DNA of 64,000 nucleotides, taken from the IMG/VR virus record IMGVR_UViG_3300026292_000004, positions 26,509-90,508 of that record. One strand, 5' to 3'. The notes beneath the pieces were generated by a model that worked only from the letters and a program-made list of their open reading frames with translations, was not told the DNA's origin and made no database searches. The number at the start of each line of letters is the position of its first letter. The stretch's first letter is position 1. Below, one piece after another: positions 1 to 9,550 of this stretch. The translations under genes and the position numbers were made by a program. Source of the DNA: a virus.

Positions 1-1
1 C

Positions 2-28
2 AAAAAAAGAAGGGGTCATGTGACCCCT
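2..28 (-). terminator. Rho-independent terminator ending the late structural operon
   Basis: AGGGGTCA-TG-TGACCCCT hairpin followed on the minus strand by TCTTTTTTTG, just after the stop of ORF 34..270. Confidence 0.8.
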
Positions 29-33
29 GACCT

Positions 34-270
34 TTATTCTTCAGTTGTGACTTCATCCACGGTCTCAACACCGCCAGGAGGACCGTCCTCAAGATACTGC
101 AAAGTCTCTAGAGCACCTTGCAATTTGAGAGCAGTAGTCTCATTTTCTTTAATTTTTGCTGCCAATTGATTGTTTTCATTAACCAATTTGGTTAGTCTCT
201 CAGTAAATTGAACTTTCAATTCTTCTGGAGATACCTTTTCAACTGGGCTTTCAGTTGGAGTTGCTGTCAT
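34..270 (-). CDS. Small coiled-coil hypothetical protein
   Basis: 78-aa ORF with a heptad-like helix (LTKLVNENNQLAAKIKENETTALKLQGALE); GGAG upstream; ends at the terminator. Confidence 0.7.
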   Translation of the reverse strand: MTATPTESPVEKVSPEELKVQFTERLTKLVNENNQLAAKIKENETTALKLQGALETLQYLEDGPPGGVETVDEVTTEE

Positions 271-520
271 TTTCTTTATTAAGTAGAAGTTTCAGTAGGT
301 CTTTGACATCGCCTATATCAGATTTTAACCCATCTACGTCAGTTTGTAAAGTAGTAAAATCTTTTTTCTTAGCTTGCCTTGCCTCATATTGTGCCATGTA
401 CTCATCGTACTTGGTCATATTACAATTGACAATTGCATTTGATTCTGGATCACGATACCACCCATCCTGTCCTTCAACAGGAATGAGTTCATCGGTAAAG
501 TTAATTTTATTGTCAATCAT
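251..520 (-). CDS. Conserved cyanophage-type hypothetical protein
   Basis: 89 aa; IPVEGxxGWYRDPxSxAIVN N-terminal motif and C-terminal coiled coil; start overlaps the stop of the upstream gene. Confidence 0.7.
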   Translation of the reverse strand: MIDNKINFTDELIPVEGQDGWYRDPESNAIVNCNMTKYDEYMAQYEARQAKKKDFTTLQTDVDGLKSDIGDVKDLLKLLLNKENDSNSN

Positions 521-3500
521 TTAGCAAGTGCAATAGCACGGAAGTCAGAGATCAAAGGAACACGAGCTTGGTTTGTAGAACGCATTACAATTTTAACTTG
601 CATTGCATTGAAGTTCAAACCTTTCACTTCATATTCATAGTCTTTCCAAAGTTCCTCTTCTGTAGCAGTTGAGTTATAATTTGTTTGATAACCCATGTTG
701 ACCCACTGTTGCTCATCTATGTTACCAGTTGATCCAACAGGAACAACCTTATAATAGATTGAGATAGTAGTGTCAGGATGTCTACTAGCAGCGAACGAAA
801 CCGTCAAAGCAGTTGCCTTGGTTGCGAGTTTAGTTAGACGTGTAATGTATATAGCTTCGTTTGGATCACCCTTTGCTACGGTTGACCAGTCTGTATTTGT
901 ACTGAATCCACTGTCTCCACTCTGCATATAATAACCAGATCCACTAGTACTAGAACTAACAATATTGTTGATTCTATTAGAGGTGGTAATTAGAGAAGAA
1001 CGGTCAAGGTCAATAACAGGTGATACATTATCAGACTCACTAGTTAATATACATTCCATAGTGAATGATTTATTACCACTCAATTCATTATCTTCATTCA
1101 ACTTGGAGCATATAATACGAGGTGTTGGGAAGACATTTTGCTCATTTAAAATAATATCTTCAAATACACCATCATTTATAAATGACTGTTGAGTCATATT
1201 TGCTGCCTTACCATCATTCATTGACGTACCAGTAACAGTATTACATCTAGCACGAATTTCGGTCTTAGGTAGAACCATAGTCTTCATGTTAGGTGTCAAT
1301 ACTTCAAATGGTAAGTTCTGAGTTGCAACACCAAATAGACCACCTGAACGTATGCCAGCAGTAGCGACAGAATCCAAGTGAAGCATATAAGTGTCCATAG
1401 TAGGACAAGAGATTGAGGTATGTACCTTATTAATTTCTGTTAGAGGAACACCATCAATGTTGTAACAGAATATTGGTTCTGCATTAGCATGAGCAGCAGC
1501 CGTAGTACCACCAGCACCTCTACCAGCAGCATTAGGAACTGTGATGGTCTTTCCATCACTAGAAATTCCACTATACTGAATAATTTCATCTTCAATTTTT
1601 AAGTAACCAGGATTACTTACAGAGATTGCAACACCGTTAACTATCTGATGGAATACACCAGCAGACTCAACACTAATTGAAAGTGCGTCAGCAGCAAGAG
1701 CAGATGTCAATACAGTTGGAGCAATCTCAGATGTAATACCTGAAATTTCAACGTTGTTTCCACGATCATGCATACCGTGGTTCTGATGATAGATCCAGCA
1801 CTCACGTTCTGCATTATTATATGTTGGTTGTGCAACTGGGTATGCGTTAACACTATCACCAACGGCAGTAACACCACCACTAGCGTGTGAAGTAGCAAAT
1901 GCACCAGCAGCAGTACTATTTTCTTGGTCAATTTGATCGTTAGCAGGATCAAATACACCACTTACATAACGAACTGTTAATTGTGAAGGAACACCTGATG
2001 AACCTTCAGTAAATCCTGTAATTTGTGCTCTAGTAGAACTAGAAGATCCAACAACCCATCCACCTTCAACATTATTACCTGCATCAGGAACAGTGAATGT
2101 ACCTGTAACAGGGTGTGTTAGATATAAAGTAGCAGTAGCAGCAGAAGATACGATACCTTGTACTGTATTACCAGAGTTGTCTATAGATCCTGATAACCAC
2201 GATCCTTTAATATCAGTAATAGTAATTGTGTCAGGGTCAGTTGTACTATTGAATGCTGTAACAGTTGCTTCAGCGTTAGTAGTTTCTTGATACAGACGAG
2301 CACCAACTGATATAGTATAGTTAGTACCAGTAGCAAGTGTTAGAACCTGTTGAGGTTTCAATGTCTGAACTGGGTTCTCAACTAGAGTATGTGAACCAGC
2401 ATTTGCTAATCCAAGTTCTGCGTTTTCAAACTTAGCAAGACCACCAGCACTAGTATCAAACTTAGCACGGTAAATTGTAAACTTCAAATCTTCGTACTGG
2501 TCAGCAGTCCACGTAGATGCGTTCTGTGACTTGAATAGTACACCAGCGTAAGGCTGTTCTGATATAGTTCTATCTCCACCAATCTCTAGGTCTCCCATTC
2601 GGGATATCCAGATAGTATATTCGTTAGAGTCAGATAATAGAACGAAACAATATTCAGTTGACTGCTGAATATAAACAGGTGCTTGGAATACAAACGTTGT
2701 TGATACAGCAGCATTATCAGAAATTTCAACATCCTCTGGGTTTAAACTAACGTCAGAGAAAGGTAGAATAACTTTAGAAGGATAACCATTTTCCATAGCA
2801 CGAATCTGCATGGAGATTGGAATGTTCTTATCCTTACTTCCAAAGAATACGTCAACCTTAGTTAAGAATACTCCACCCTCAGTGTCAACAATAAAGGATT
2901 GTGCAACAGGGTCATACCAACCAATCTGTCTAACCTCAGTTCTAGTAGATCTAACAGTACGACTATCTGTAACAGTATCCATAACGACTTGAGCGTTACG
3001 TATTGAGTGGATAGTCTCTTGAACGGTAGTTAAAGTACCTCTTGCTGTAAAGTTTGCTTCAGCAGATGAATCAACTGTACCTGGAACTAGAGAGTTCTTT
3101 TCACTAGATGTAAATCTAATTTGTCTAATACCAGTTGCCCAACGTGGGTTAACGTTCTTAACTGGAGGTGGTATAAAGAAACAACCTCTAGCATATCCAC
3201 GCTTATCGGTAATAAGACGACGATCTTTAACAACAGCACGAGCACCAGATGTCTGTCCTATCAATACTTCTCCTACCTGAATATTACCTCTTGCTTTGTT
3301 ATTGGTAATCTTTGCCATCTGTGCAGCATTGTGGTTTAACAATGGTGTCTGAGATGAATAGGATGATGGTAGTGCAGCATCATCAGTTGAATATGGGTTA
3401 GTGTCATATACACTATTAGGTTTCAAAACTTTCAAACGAACGTCTGAAGTCATACCTTTAACAATTTCACCAACAACAAATGGTGTTTCATTTGTTCTAG

Positions 3501-6500
3501 CATCTTCAGTTGAGTTCTTAACTAACTCAATCAGTTTAGGAGTAATATAGTTACTAATCTTTTTCTTATCAAAGAAAGCATAAAGTCTTGTCTTAGGCTT
3601 AGCACGAGTAATAGTATAACGAATATTTCTGGATCTCATCCAAGGAATATTGGTTTGTGATAGAATTGAATCACCCTGTGATTGCCTTGTAATCTTAGGT
3701 ACAACACGAGTTCTGATACCTAAACGAGTTTGGTTGTTAGTAACAGTAAACTCACGACGTTGGTGTAGATAGAATAGACCTTGAGAACGACCAGCGTGAC
3801 CCAATCTACCTAATCTACGACCACCACCTAGGTTAGTTCTAGAACGGAAGTTACGAGTAGATCTTACTCTTTCACCAGTCCAGTTAGTTGTCCAACCAGT
3901 CCACTGAGTAGGAGAAAATCCATTCTTATCAACGTTAAGATCTCTTGATACTTGTGAGAAGTCACCTTCAACGTTCTCAACACGAGCAGGTAGACGCTTG
4001 ATGTCAACCCAGTCATCAGAGGATGGAAGAAGGTCAACACGTCCAATGAATGTGAATACGTTAAATGGGTTTACGTTCTCAAGTCTTGAAGCATATGGTT
4101 GCTCAATAATCTGTTCAGATTCATAAGGAAGAGTAGCAACTAATGCCTCATCAACATCATCTATATCCCAAGGAGTTAACATAATACCTGTTGAGGTAGT
4201 AGCATTAAACTCCAATGGGCAGTTATTGGTATAGTGAGAAGGTCTTAAATATCCATTCTGTATATCAATAGATGCTTTATAATCTTCGTTTAAAATGTCA
4301 CCAATAGTATGGTCAGTAAAGTCATCTACAACATAACCATTCTTAAATCTGTTTAAACCATCTTCATCGTAAGTAGTAGCATTCTGAGTCTCAGTTTCTA
4401 AAAGAGATAGTGAAGTATAGTATTCAACGTTATCTAATCTAGTTTCAATGTTACCAATGTCACGCATTGTATAACGTCTGTTATTCTCAACCTCTACTAA
4501 AATATCTCTTTCTGGATCATAGCAATATGGTTTATGTTCAAGAACTGCCAAGAGCATTGCTGAGTCCATATGGTCAGGTTCTTGAGGTTCCTCAGCAGAC
4601 TTACCTCTAACAATAGTAAATTCTCCATCATGTGTAAGGAATAATTTATCAATTCTTGGTAGATAATAATCAAAGTCACATCGGAATGATGTGCCAGTAT
4701 CCATTATATCAAAGACAGTTGAAGTAGCATCAAAGACACGGGATTCAAAGTCAAAACAAGTACAAGTCACATAGTATGGGTTTCCAACTGTACCAGAACC
4801 ATTAGCAAGTTCTTTAACACCTGGACGGAAATCAATTGTATCACGTAAGAACATAATACCGCCTTCTGGTTTCCAGTTAGGAATCTCAGAATAATCTATA
4901 CCAACATATGACTGAGCATTAAAGTAGTCTCCTGAAGACTCATGCTTGAAGTAGTCAAATACAACTGCTAATTGATGTCTTGGTTGCGAATAAGATCTTC
5001 CACGAACAAGTCTTGATACATCATAGTAATAAGAATCTTGTCCTGGTTGTAGGTTGAACTGTACAGTGATATCTGTTGATCCATTCTCAATTGCACCATC
5101 AGCATCAGAAACAAATGCTTGAATTGTTTCAGAGTTACTATTAACACCTGTTACAAGTTCACCAGGTATGAATGTACCATCAAGAACTACATGGTATAAT
5201 TTTAGTGTTGAAGAAACAAAGTCTACAACTGTTGCACGAGCACCAGAAGTTGTACCTTCAATAATAGTACCAGTTGCAAAGAATGCTGTTTCAACTAGAG
5301 TTACAAAAGGAACCTTAGCAGCTTCACCATCTAGTGATTCATATACTGCATGAATCTTATAAACGTCATTTAAACCAAATGTAATTTCCTCGTCTTCAAT
5401 ACGGGTTCCGTACTTGTTACTATAACCTAATCCAAATAATTGTTGATCCTGCTTAGTTCTAGTCTTATTGACTGCCATAACTTGCATCTTAGATGCAGTT
5501 TTAATTTTACGTTGGACTACAGACTTAGATAATGCAACTGTGGCTTTAATAGAAGTAATATTCTTAAGTCCAGTATTAGCACCACCTGGAGATGTTAACG
5601 TAGCAGTTTGTCTATCAGCACCAAATGTAATTGCAATAGTACCTGCATTAACAGCAGCTTCCATATCAATCTTAGTACCAGGACCAGCGTAGTCGTTGTT
5701 ACTACCACCACCTGTGTCAATAGTTACTACAAAGTTATCATTGGAGAATGTTTCAAACTGTTCATTCTCACCAAGAGTAATTGTTGTACCACCATTATTA
5801 ATACTGGTAGCATTGTAACTTCTATAAACTGTGAAGGACTCGTCAGAAATTGACTTAATGGAGTGCTTCGGCATGTCAATGGTAAGGTTACCATTCTGAT
5901 AATTCTTGAGGAATACTCTAGGTCTCATACGACCTACTTGCTGATAATCTCCATCTACAACAGTACCTATCTTATCTGCACCATCACATAATACAGTCTG
6001 AGCACCTGGTGTACCAAATATAACATTGGTTCCACTATTCTTATTAGCAGCAGTAACGTTAATATCAGATTGATTAACTTTCTCTGCTCTAAATGTATTG
6101 TTACCTACTTCATCAGATAGACCTACAGTTAGAACTTCACCTGGTCTTATATCTGAAGCATAGTTAGATGCAAATCCAGTCAGTTTTGTAGTAGGTATAC
6201 TACCTGTCAATACAACATTATGAGTTGAACCTTCAATCTGTTCAACAGTATTCAATAGAAGGTCAGCAGTAAATACTACTTGTGATGATAATGAAAGATC
6301 AGCACGTCCTACAACAGAACGAGTATCAGTAAATTCATATTCCCACAAAGCAGAAATAGATGTTAATGATACACCATCCAATTCAATAGCTTCTCCTTGT
6401 CTAAATCTACCTTTAACGTCTGTTAATTGAATAGTAGTTGTACTAATAGCACGAATAGATCCTATAGCACCTGAAGAAGCACCTCTAACGATCATTCCAG

Positions 6501-7971
6501 TCTCATTAAGAGTGGCAGATACATCAGCAGCAGTATTTAATACTGTATACATTTGCACGTCAAAGATGTGCAATTCATTACCTTCAGTAGCACCAGCAAT
6601 ACCACCATTAGTAAGGTTATTGCTTAACTGTGCACATCTTGCAAAACCAATTATATTACCTTGAGGTGTACCTTCACCAGCAACATCCCAGTCATCACGT
6701 AATTCAAGTACTTGATAGTTATAAGTTACGTTTGGTCCTGTAAGTAATGGCCAACCATATATGTTAGTAACTAGAACTGACTGTGCAAGTTCAAATGGAA
6801 TAATTGTATTCTGAACTGCCTTAGTATCTCTTGCTTTTGGAATATCAACATAAGTTGGTGCAAGGGTATGAAGTCTATAACCTCTTACATACGCTTTACC
6901 TGGAGCAATCTCAGCAGCAATATATTCATCAGATGCTGCTAGTCCAGCATCAGAACTTTCATCCTGTTGATACACACCATTATTAAATCCATCATCCTTA
7001 TGCTCACGCATAGTGATGTCAAAAGTATCAAGAGCATAGTCTCCAGACTCTTCGTAAGTACGAATAGCCATTGATCTTTCAAGTTCTGAGTATGCAGTCT
7101 TTTCTACAAACTCTTGTACCTTAGAGTTCTTAAGACGCAACAATTCTATAAAGTTTTTATCCGAGTCATCGTCTATTGCTTTCTTAACCAGAGTAGTTCT
7201 AATTCTAAATCTATGACCACCTGGAGCAGAGTAGTTTGACGTACCTGCTGCGTTATCATTTAGAGTTGGATCATCCTCAGAGGTAATAATTGATTCTGAT
7301 ACCTCAAGTCCTACTCTATATGATGGAGTGTTTGTATACTGGTCTAGAATAATATAACCAGTAGGAACATCAACAAAATATCCACGAATGAAATATACAC
7401 CTTCGTTAATATATGCTGCTGAAGCAGTTGCAGTAGCACCATCTGGTAACATCTGAGCGAAAGGTGAACCCATTTCAATCAGTGTAGTACCAAAAGTGAT
7501 GTCAGCATCTGCCATCAACTGTTCATTATTTTTAAATTGTTTAACATCTGTATCAGAAGTAGAGTCAGCAGAATCAATATACTTAACGTATAGTGTAATA
7601 TACCCCTTGTCTGATATAGTTGATGATATAGAATATAATACTTTTGCCTTAATACCTGTTGTAACACCAGTAATTAACTTACCTGTCAACTGTTCCCTAT
7701 ACAACTCAACGTCAGCCCCTAAGAAGTTTTGTTGTAAAAGAATAGCAGAAACATTTAAGTCATAACCAATTTGACCAGGTATAACCATCGCACCTTCTTT
7801 AAAGAAGTGCGTTCCCATGTTCTCAATCTGATTCTGCATGATTGATTGCATGGTCGTGAGTTCACGAGCCTGGATTGGAAACCCTGGTCGGAACAACACC
7901 TTATAAAAATTTTTATCCTTGTCAAAGTCGTCGTAATACGGCGTGACATTCAGGTTAGTATTCTGTGGCAT
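517..7971 (-). CDS. Large virion structural protein, DUF4815/VrlC-like
   Basis: N-terminus MPQNTNLNVTPYYDDF...KVLFRPGFPIQARELT; YYTSLSLLE and RFKNGYVVDDF core; DPVAQSF, LFKSQNASTWTADQYEDLKF; C-terminal DFRAIAL. Confidence 0.85.
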   Translation of the reverse strand: MPQNTNLNVTPYYDDFDKDKNFYKVLFRPGFPIQARELTTMQSIMQNQIENMGTHFFKEGAMVIPGQIGYDLNVSAILLQQNFLGADVELYREQLTGKLITGVTTGIKAKVLYSISSTISDKGYITLYVKYIDSADSTSDTDVKQFKNNEQLMADADITFGTTLIEMGSPFAQMLPDGATATASAAYINEGVYFIRGYFVDVPTGYIILDQYTNTPSYRVGLEVSESIITSEDDPTLNDNAAGTSNYSAPGGHRFRIRTTLVKKAIDDDSDKNFIELLRLKNSKVQEFVEKTAYSELERSMAIRTYEESGDYALDTFDITMREHKDDGFNNGVYQQDESSDAGLAASDEYIAAEIAPGKAYVRGYRLHTLAPTYVDIPKARDTKAVQNTIIPFELAQSVLVTNIYGWPLLTGPNVTYNYQVLELRDDWDVAGEGTPQGNIIGFARCAQLSNNLTNGGIAGATEGNELHIFDVQMYTVLNTAADVSATLNETGMIVRGASSGAIGSIRAISTTTIQLTDVKGRFRQGEAIELDGVSLTSISALWEYEFTDTRSVVGRADLSLSSQVVFTADLLLNTVEQIEGSTHNVVLTGSIPTTKLTGFASNYASDIRPGEVLTVGLSDEVGNNTFRAEKVNQSDINVTAANKNSGTNVIFGTPGAQTVLCDGADKIGTVVDGDYQQVGRMRPRVFLKNYQNGNLTIDMPKHSIKSISDESFTVYRSYNATSINNGGTTITLGENEQFETFSNDNFVVTIDTGGGSNNDYAGPGTKIDMEAAVNAGTIAITFGADRQTATLTSPGGANTGLKNITSIKATVALSKSVVQRKIKTASKMQVMAVNKTRTKQDQQLFGLGYSNKYGTRIEDEEITFGLNDVYKIHAVYESLDGEAAKVPFVTLVETAFFATGTIIEGTTSGARATVVDFVSSTLKLYHVVLDGTFIPGELVTGVNSNSETIQAFVSDADGAIENGSTDITVQFNLQPGQDSYYYDVSRLVRGRSYSQPRHQLAVVFDYFKHESSGDYFNAQSYVGIDYSEIPNWKPEGGIMFLRDTIDFRPGVKELANGSGTVGNPYYVTCTCFDFESRVFDATSTVFDIMDTGTSFRCDFDYYLPRIDKLFLTHDGEFTIVRGKSAEEPQEPDHMDSAMLLAVLEHKPYCYDPERDILVEVENNRRYTMRDIGNIETRLDNVEYYTSLSLLETETQNATTYDEDGLNRFKNGYVVDDFTDHTIGDILNEDYKASIDIQNGYLRPSHYTNNCPLEFNATTSTGIMLTPWDIDDVDEALVATLPYESEQIIEQPYASRLENVNPFNVFTFIGRVDLLPSSDDWVDIKRLPARVENVEGDFSQVSRDLNVDKNGFSPTQWTGWTTNWTGERVRSTRNFRSRTNLGGGRRLGRLGHAGRSQGLFYLHQRREFTVTNNQTRLGIRTRVVPKITRQSQGDSILSQTNIPWMRSRNIRYTITRAKPKTRLYAFFDKKKISNYITPKLIELVKNSTEDARTNETPFVVGEIVKGMTSDVRLKVLKPNSVYDTNPYSTDDAALPSSYSSQTPLLNHNAAQMAKITNNKARGNIQVGEVLIGQTSGARAVVKDRRLITDKRGYARGCFFIPPPVKNVNPRWATGIRQIRFTSSEKNSLVPGTVDSSAEANFTARGTLTTVQETIHSIRNAQVVMDTVTDSRTVRSTRTEVRQIGWYDPVAQSFIVDTEGGVFLTKVDVFFGSKDKNIPISMQIRAMENGYPSKVILPFSDVSLNPEDVEISDNAAVSTTFVFQAPVYIQQSTEYCFVLLSDSNEYTIWISRMGDLEIGGDRTISEQPYAGVLFKSQNASTWTADQYEDLKFTIYRAKFDTSAGGLAKFENAELGLANAGSHTLVENPVQTLKPQQVLTLATGTNYTISVGARLYQETTNAEATVTAFNSTTDPDTITITDIKGSWLSGSIDNSGNTVQGIVSSAATATLYLTHPVTGTFTVPDAGNNVEGGWVVGSSSSTRAQITGFTEGSSGVPSQLTVRYVSGVFDPANDQIDQENSTAAGAFATSHASGGVTAVGDSVNAYPVAQPTYNNAERECWIYHQNHGMHDRGNNVEISGITSEIAPTVLTSALAADALSISVESAGVFHQIVNGVAISVSNPGYLKIEDEIIQYSGISSDGKTITVPNAAGRGAGGTTAAAHANAEPIFCYNIDGVPLTEINKVHTSISCPTMDTYMLHLDSVATAGIRSGGLFGVATQNLPFEVLTPNMKTMVLPKTEIRARCNTVTGTSMNDGKAANMTQQSFINDGVFEDIILNEQNVFPTPRIICSKLNEDNELSGNKSFTMECILTSESDNVSPVIDLDRSSLITTSNRINNIVSSSTSGSGYYMQSGDSGFSTNTDWSTVAKGDPNEAIYITRLTKLATKATALTVSFAASRHPDTTISIYYKVVPVGSTGNIDEQQWVNMGYQTNYNSTATEEELWKDYEYEVKGLNFNAMQVKIVMRSTNQARVPLISDFRAIALAK

Positions 7972-7985
7972 CTTAGGGACTTATA

Positions 7986-9518
7986 TTAGAATTCAATAAC
8001 AACTTTAATGTCTTCAATCTGGTCGTTAGCACGAGAAATCGTACGTCTATTATCTATGTAGATAAGATTACCAGAGTTAGACTCTATCTCAGGTTTTGCA
8101 TAACCAGAGGTAAATCTCATACCTAGGTCATATTCGGTGTTGTTAATAACACGAGAAGAGGTGTTAGGAACAGCAGGGAAGTTCACATCTGGGTCGCCAG
8201 AAGCACCAGACGAGGAACCTTGAATGGCATTAGAACCATCAAACTCGTTCAAAGAACCAGTAACAGCAGGGAAAATACCATCAACTCTATTTTGATAATA
8301 CTTAAGAACCTTAGTTGTTGAGTTCCAAGAAATAACCTTACCAGTTGCAGTAACAGACTGACCACCCACAATACGAGTTTGTGTAATTGTTTCGTCAGGA
8401 ATGAAGTTACCTTGGAAGGTTGTTGGGAAGATAACTGCTCTTGCAGCAGATAATGTTAGATCAGAAAGAAGTTCAGTAGTACCATACTTCTTAGGATTAG
8501 TGCAAAGACCAATACGACGATAATCGTTATCAATCGGGAAGTCTCCAGCACCTTCATCATATGATAGTTTAGCGTTAACCATAACACGGTAAGCACCCAC
8601 TTCCACTACTGGGTCTTTACCATGACCACCTGGAGGTGGAATGATAACGTCAATTTGACCACCAGTTCCAGTACCAATACCAGAAACTGAGTTAACGGTT
8701 ACTTTACCAAAGGAATATCCAGTACCACCAGATGTCACAGTAGCAGAAATAACACGACCACCATCAACCACGATGGAAACACGTCCACCAGTTCCATCTC
8801 CAGCAATCGCTACGTTATCATATGTACCATTGTTATAACCTGAACCAGATGAAGTAATGACAACAGTGTCAATTTCACCAGCAACAGCGTTAGAACTTAC
8901 TGAAGCATCTGAGAATACAGGCATGTAATCAGCAGAGAAGAACTTCAGAACCTGTGCGACAGGAATAGTATACATATACTTCCAACGATACCCGTCAGAA
9001 GTAGTGATGATGGATGTAGAAGTACCAGTAGGTTCAATGGTAGAAGGCTTACCATTAGGGTCAGCAGGAGAAGTACCGTTATAAATGCACTTATATACTT
9101 GGTAATTGGAGTTAACGACATAGAAGTCAGAGTCATACAACTTAGTAGCACCAGACGATGCTGTGTTAGTTGGTGAGTAGTCATGACGATACATGTCATA
9201 AGTATAACCCAAACCACCAGTAGTTTGTTCTGGGGGAATCCAGTCAATACGACGTACGACTTGAATCGTGTCAGCAGCAAGAACACGCTTCAATGACATC
9301 ATATCATCGTAAGCATCAGAGAACTCATCAAATGAGTCTACCGCTTGCGGCGGTGAGTTTTCGTTGTCCCATTCTTGGGGACGACCAATAAAGATGTATA
9401 GACGATCTCTATCATCACCCGCAGTTGTGTCACTTGCCAGAGGATCTGGTCCTTCTAGTGACTTAATAAACTTCTGGGCTGTAAATATTCTAAATTGATC
9501 AGTAAGTAGTGCTGCCAT
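7986..9518 (-). CDS. gp8: Baseplate wedge subunit, T4 gp8-like
   Basis: LYIFIGRPQEW, VVRRIDW, FYVVNSNYQVYKCIYN, DGYRWKYMY and C-terminal SGNLIYIDNR..I.R...Q.EDIK.VIEF are typical gp8 motifs. Confidence 0.9.
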   Translation of the reverse strand: MAALLTDQFRIFTAQKFIKSLEGPDPLASDTTAGDDRDRLYIFIGRPQEWDNENSPPQAVDSFDEFSDAYDDMMSLKRVLAADTIQVVRRIDWIPPEQTTGGLGYTYDMYRHDYSPTNTASSGATKLYDSDFYVVNSNYQVYKCIYNGTSPADPNGKPSTIEPTGTSTSIITTSDGYRWKYMYTIPVAQVLKFFSADYMPVFSDASVSSNAVAGEIDTVVITSSGSGYNNGTYDNVAIAGDGTGGRVSIVVDGGRVISATVTSGGTGYSFGKVTVNSVSGIGTGTGGQIDVIIPPPGGHGKDPVVEVGAYRVMVNAKLSYDEGAGDFPIDNDYRRIGLCTNPKKYGTTELLSDLTLSAARAVIFPTTFQGNFIPDETITQTRIVGGQSVTATGKVISWNSTTKVLKYYQNRVDGIFPAVTGSLNEFDGSNAIQGSSSGASGDPDVNFPAVPNTSSRVINNTEYDLGMRFTSGYAKPEIESNSGNLIYIDNRRTISRANDQIEDIKVVIEF

Positions 9519-9541
9519 GGCCTATGGGGTTTCCTCCGTTT

Positions 9542-9549
9542 TATTTATA
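9542..9549 (-). promoter_or_regulatory. T4-type late promoter TATAAATA upstream of gp8
   Basis: + strand TATTTATA about 24 nt upstream of the gp8 start. Confidence 0.75.
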
Positions 9550-9550
9550 C

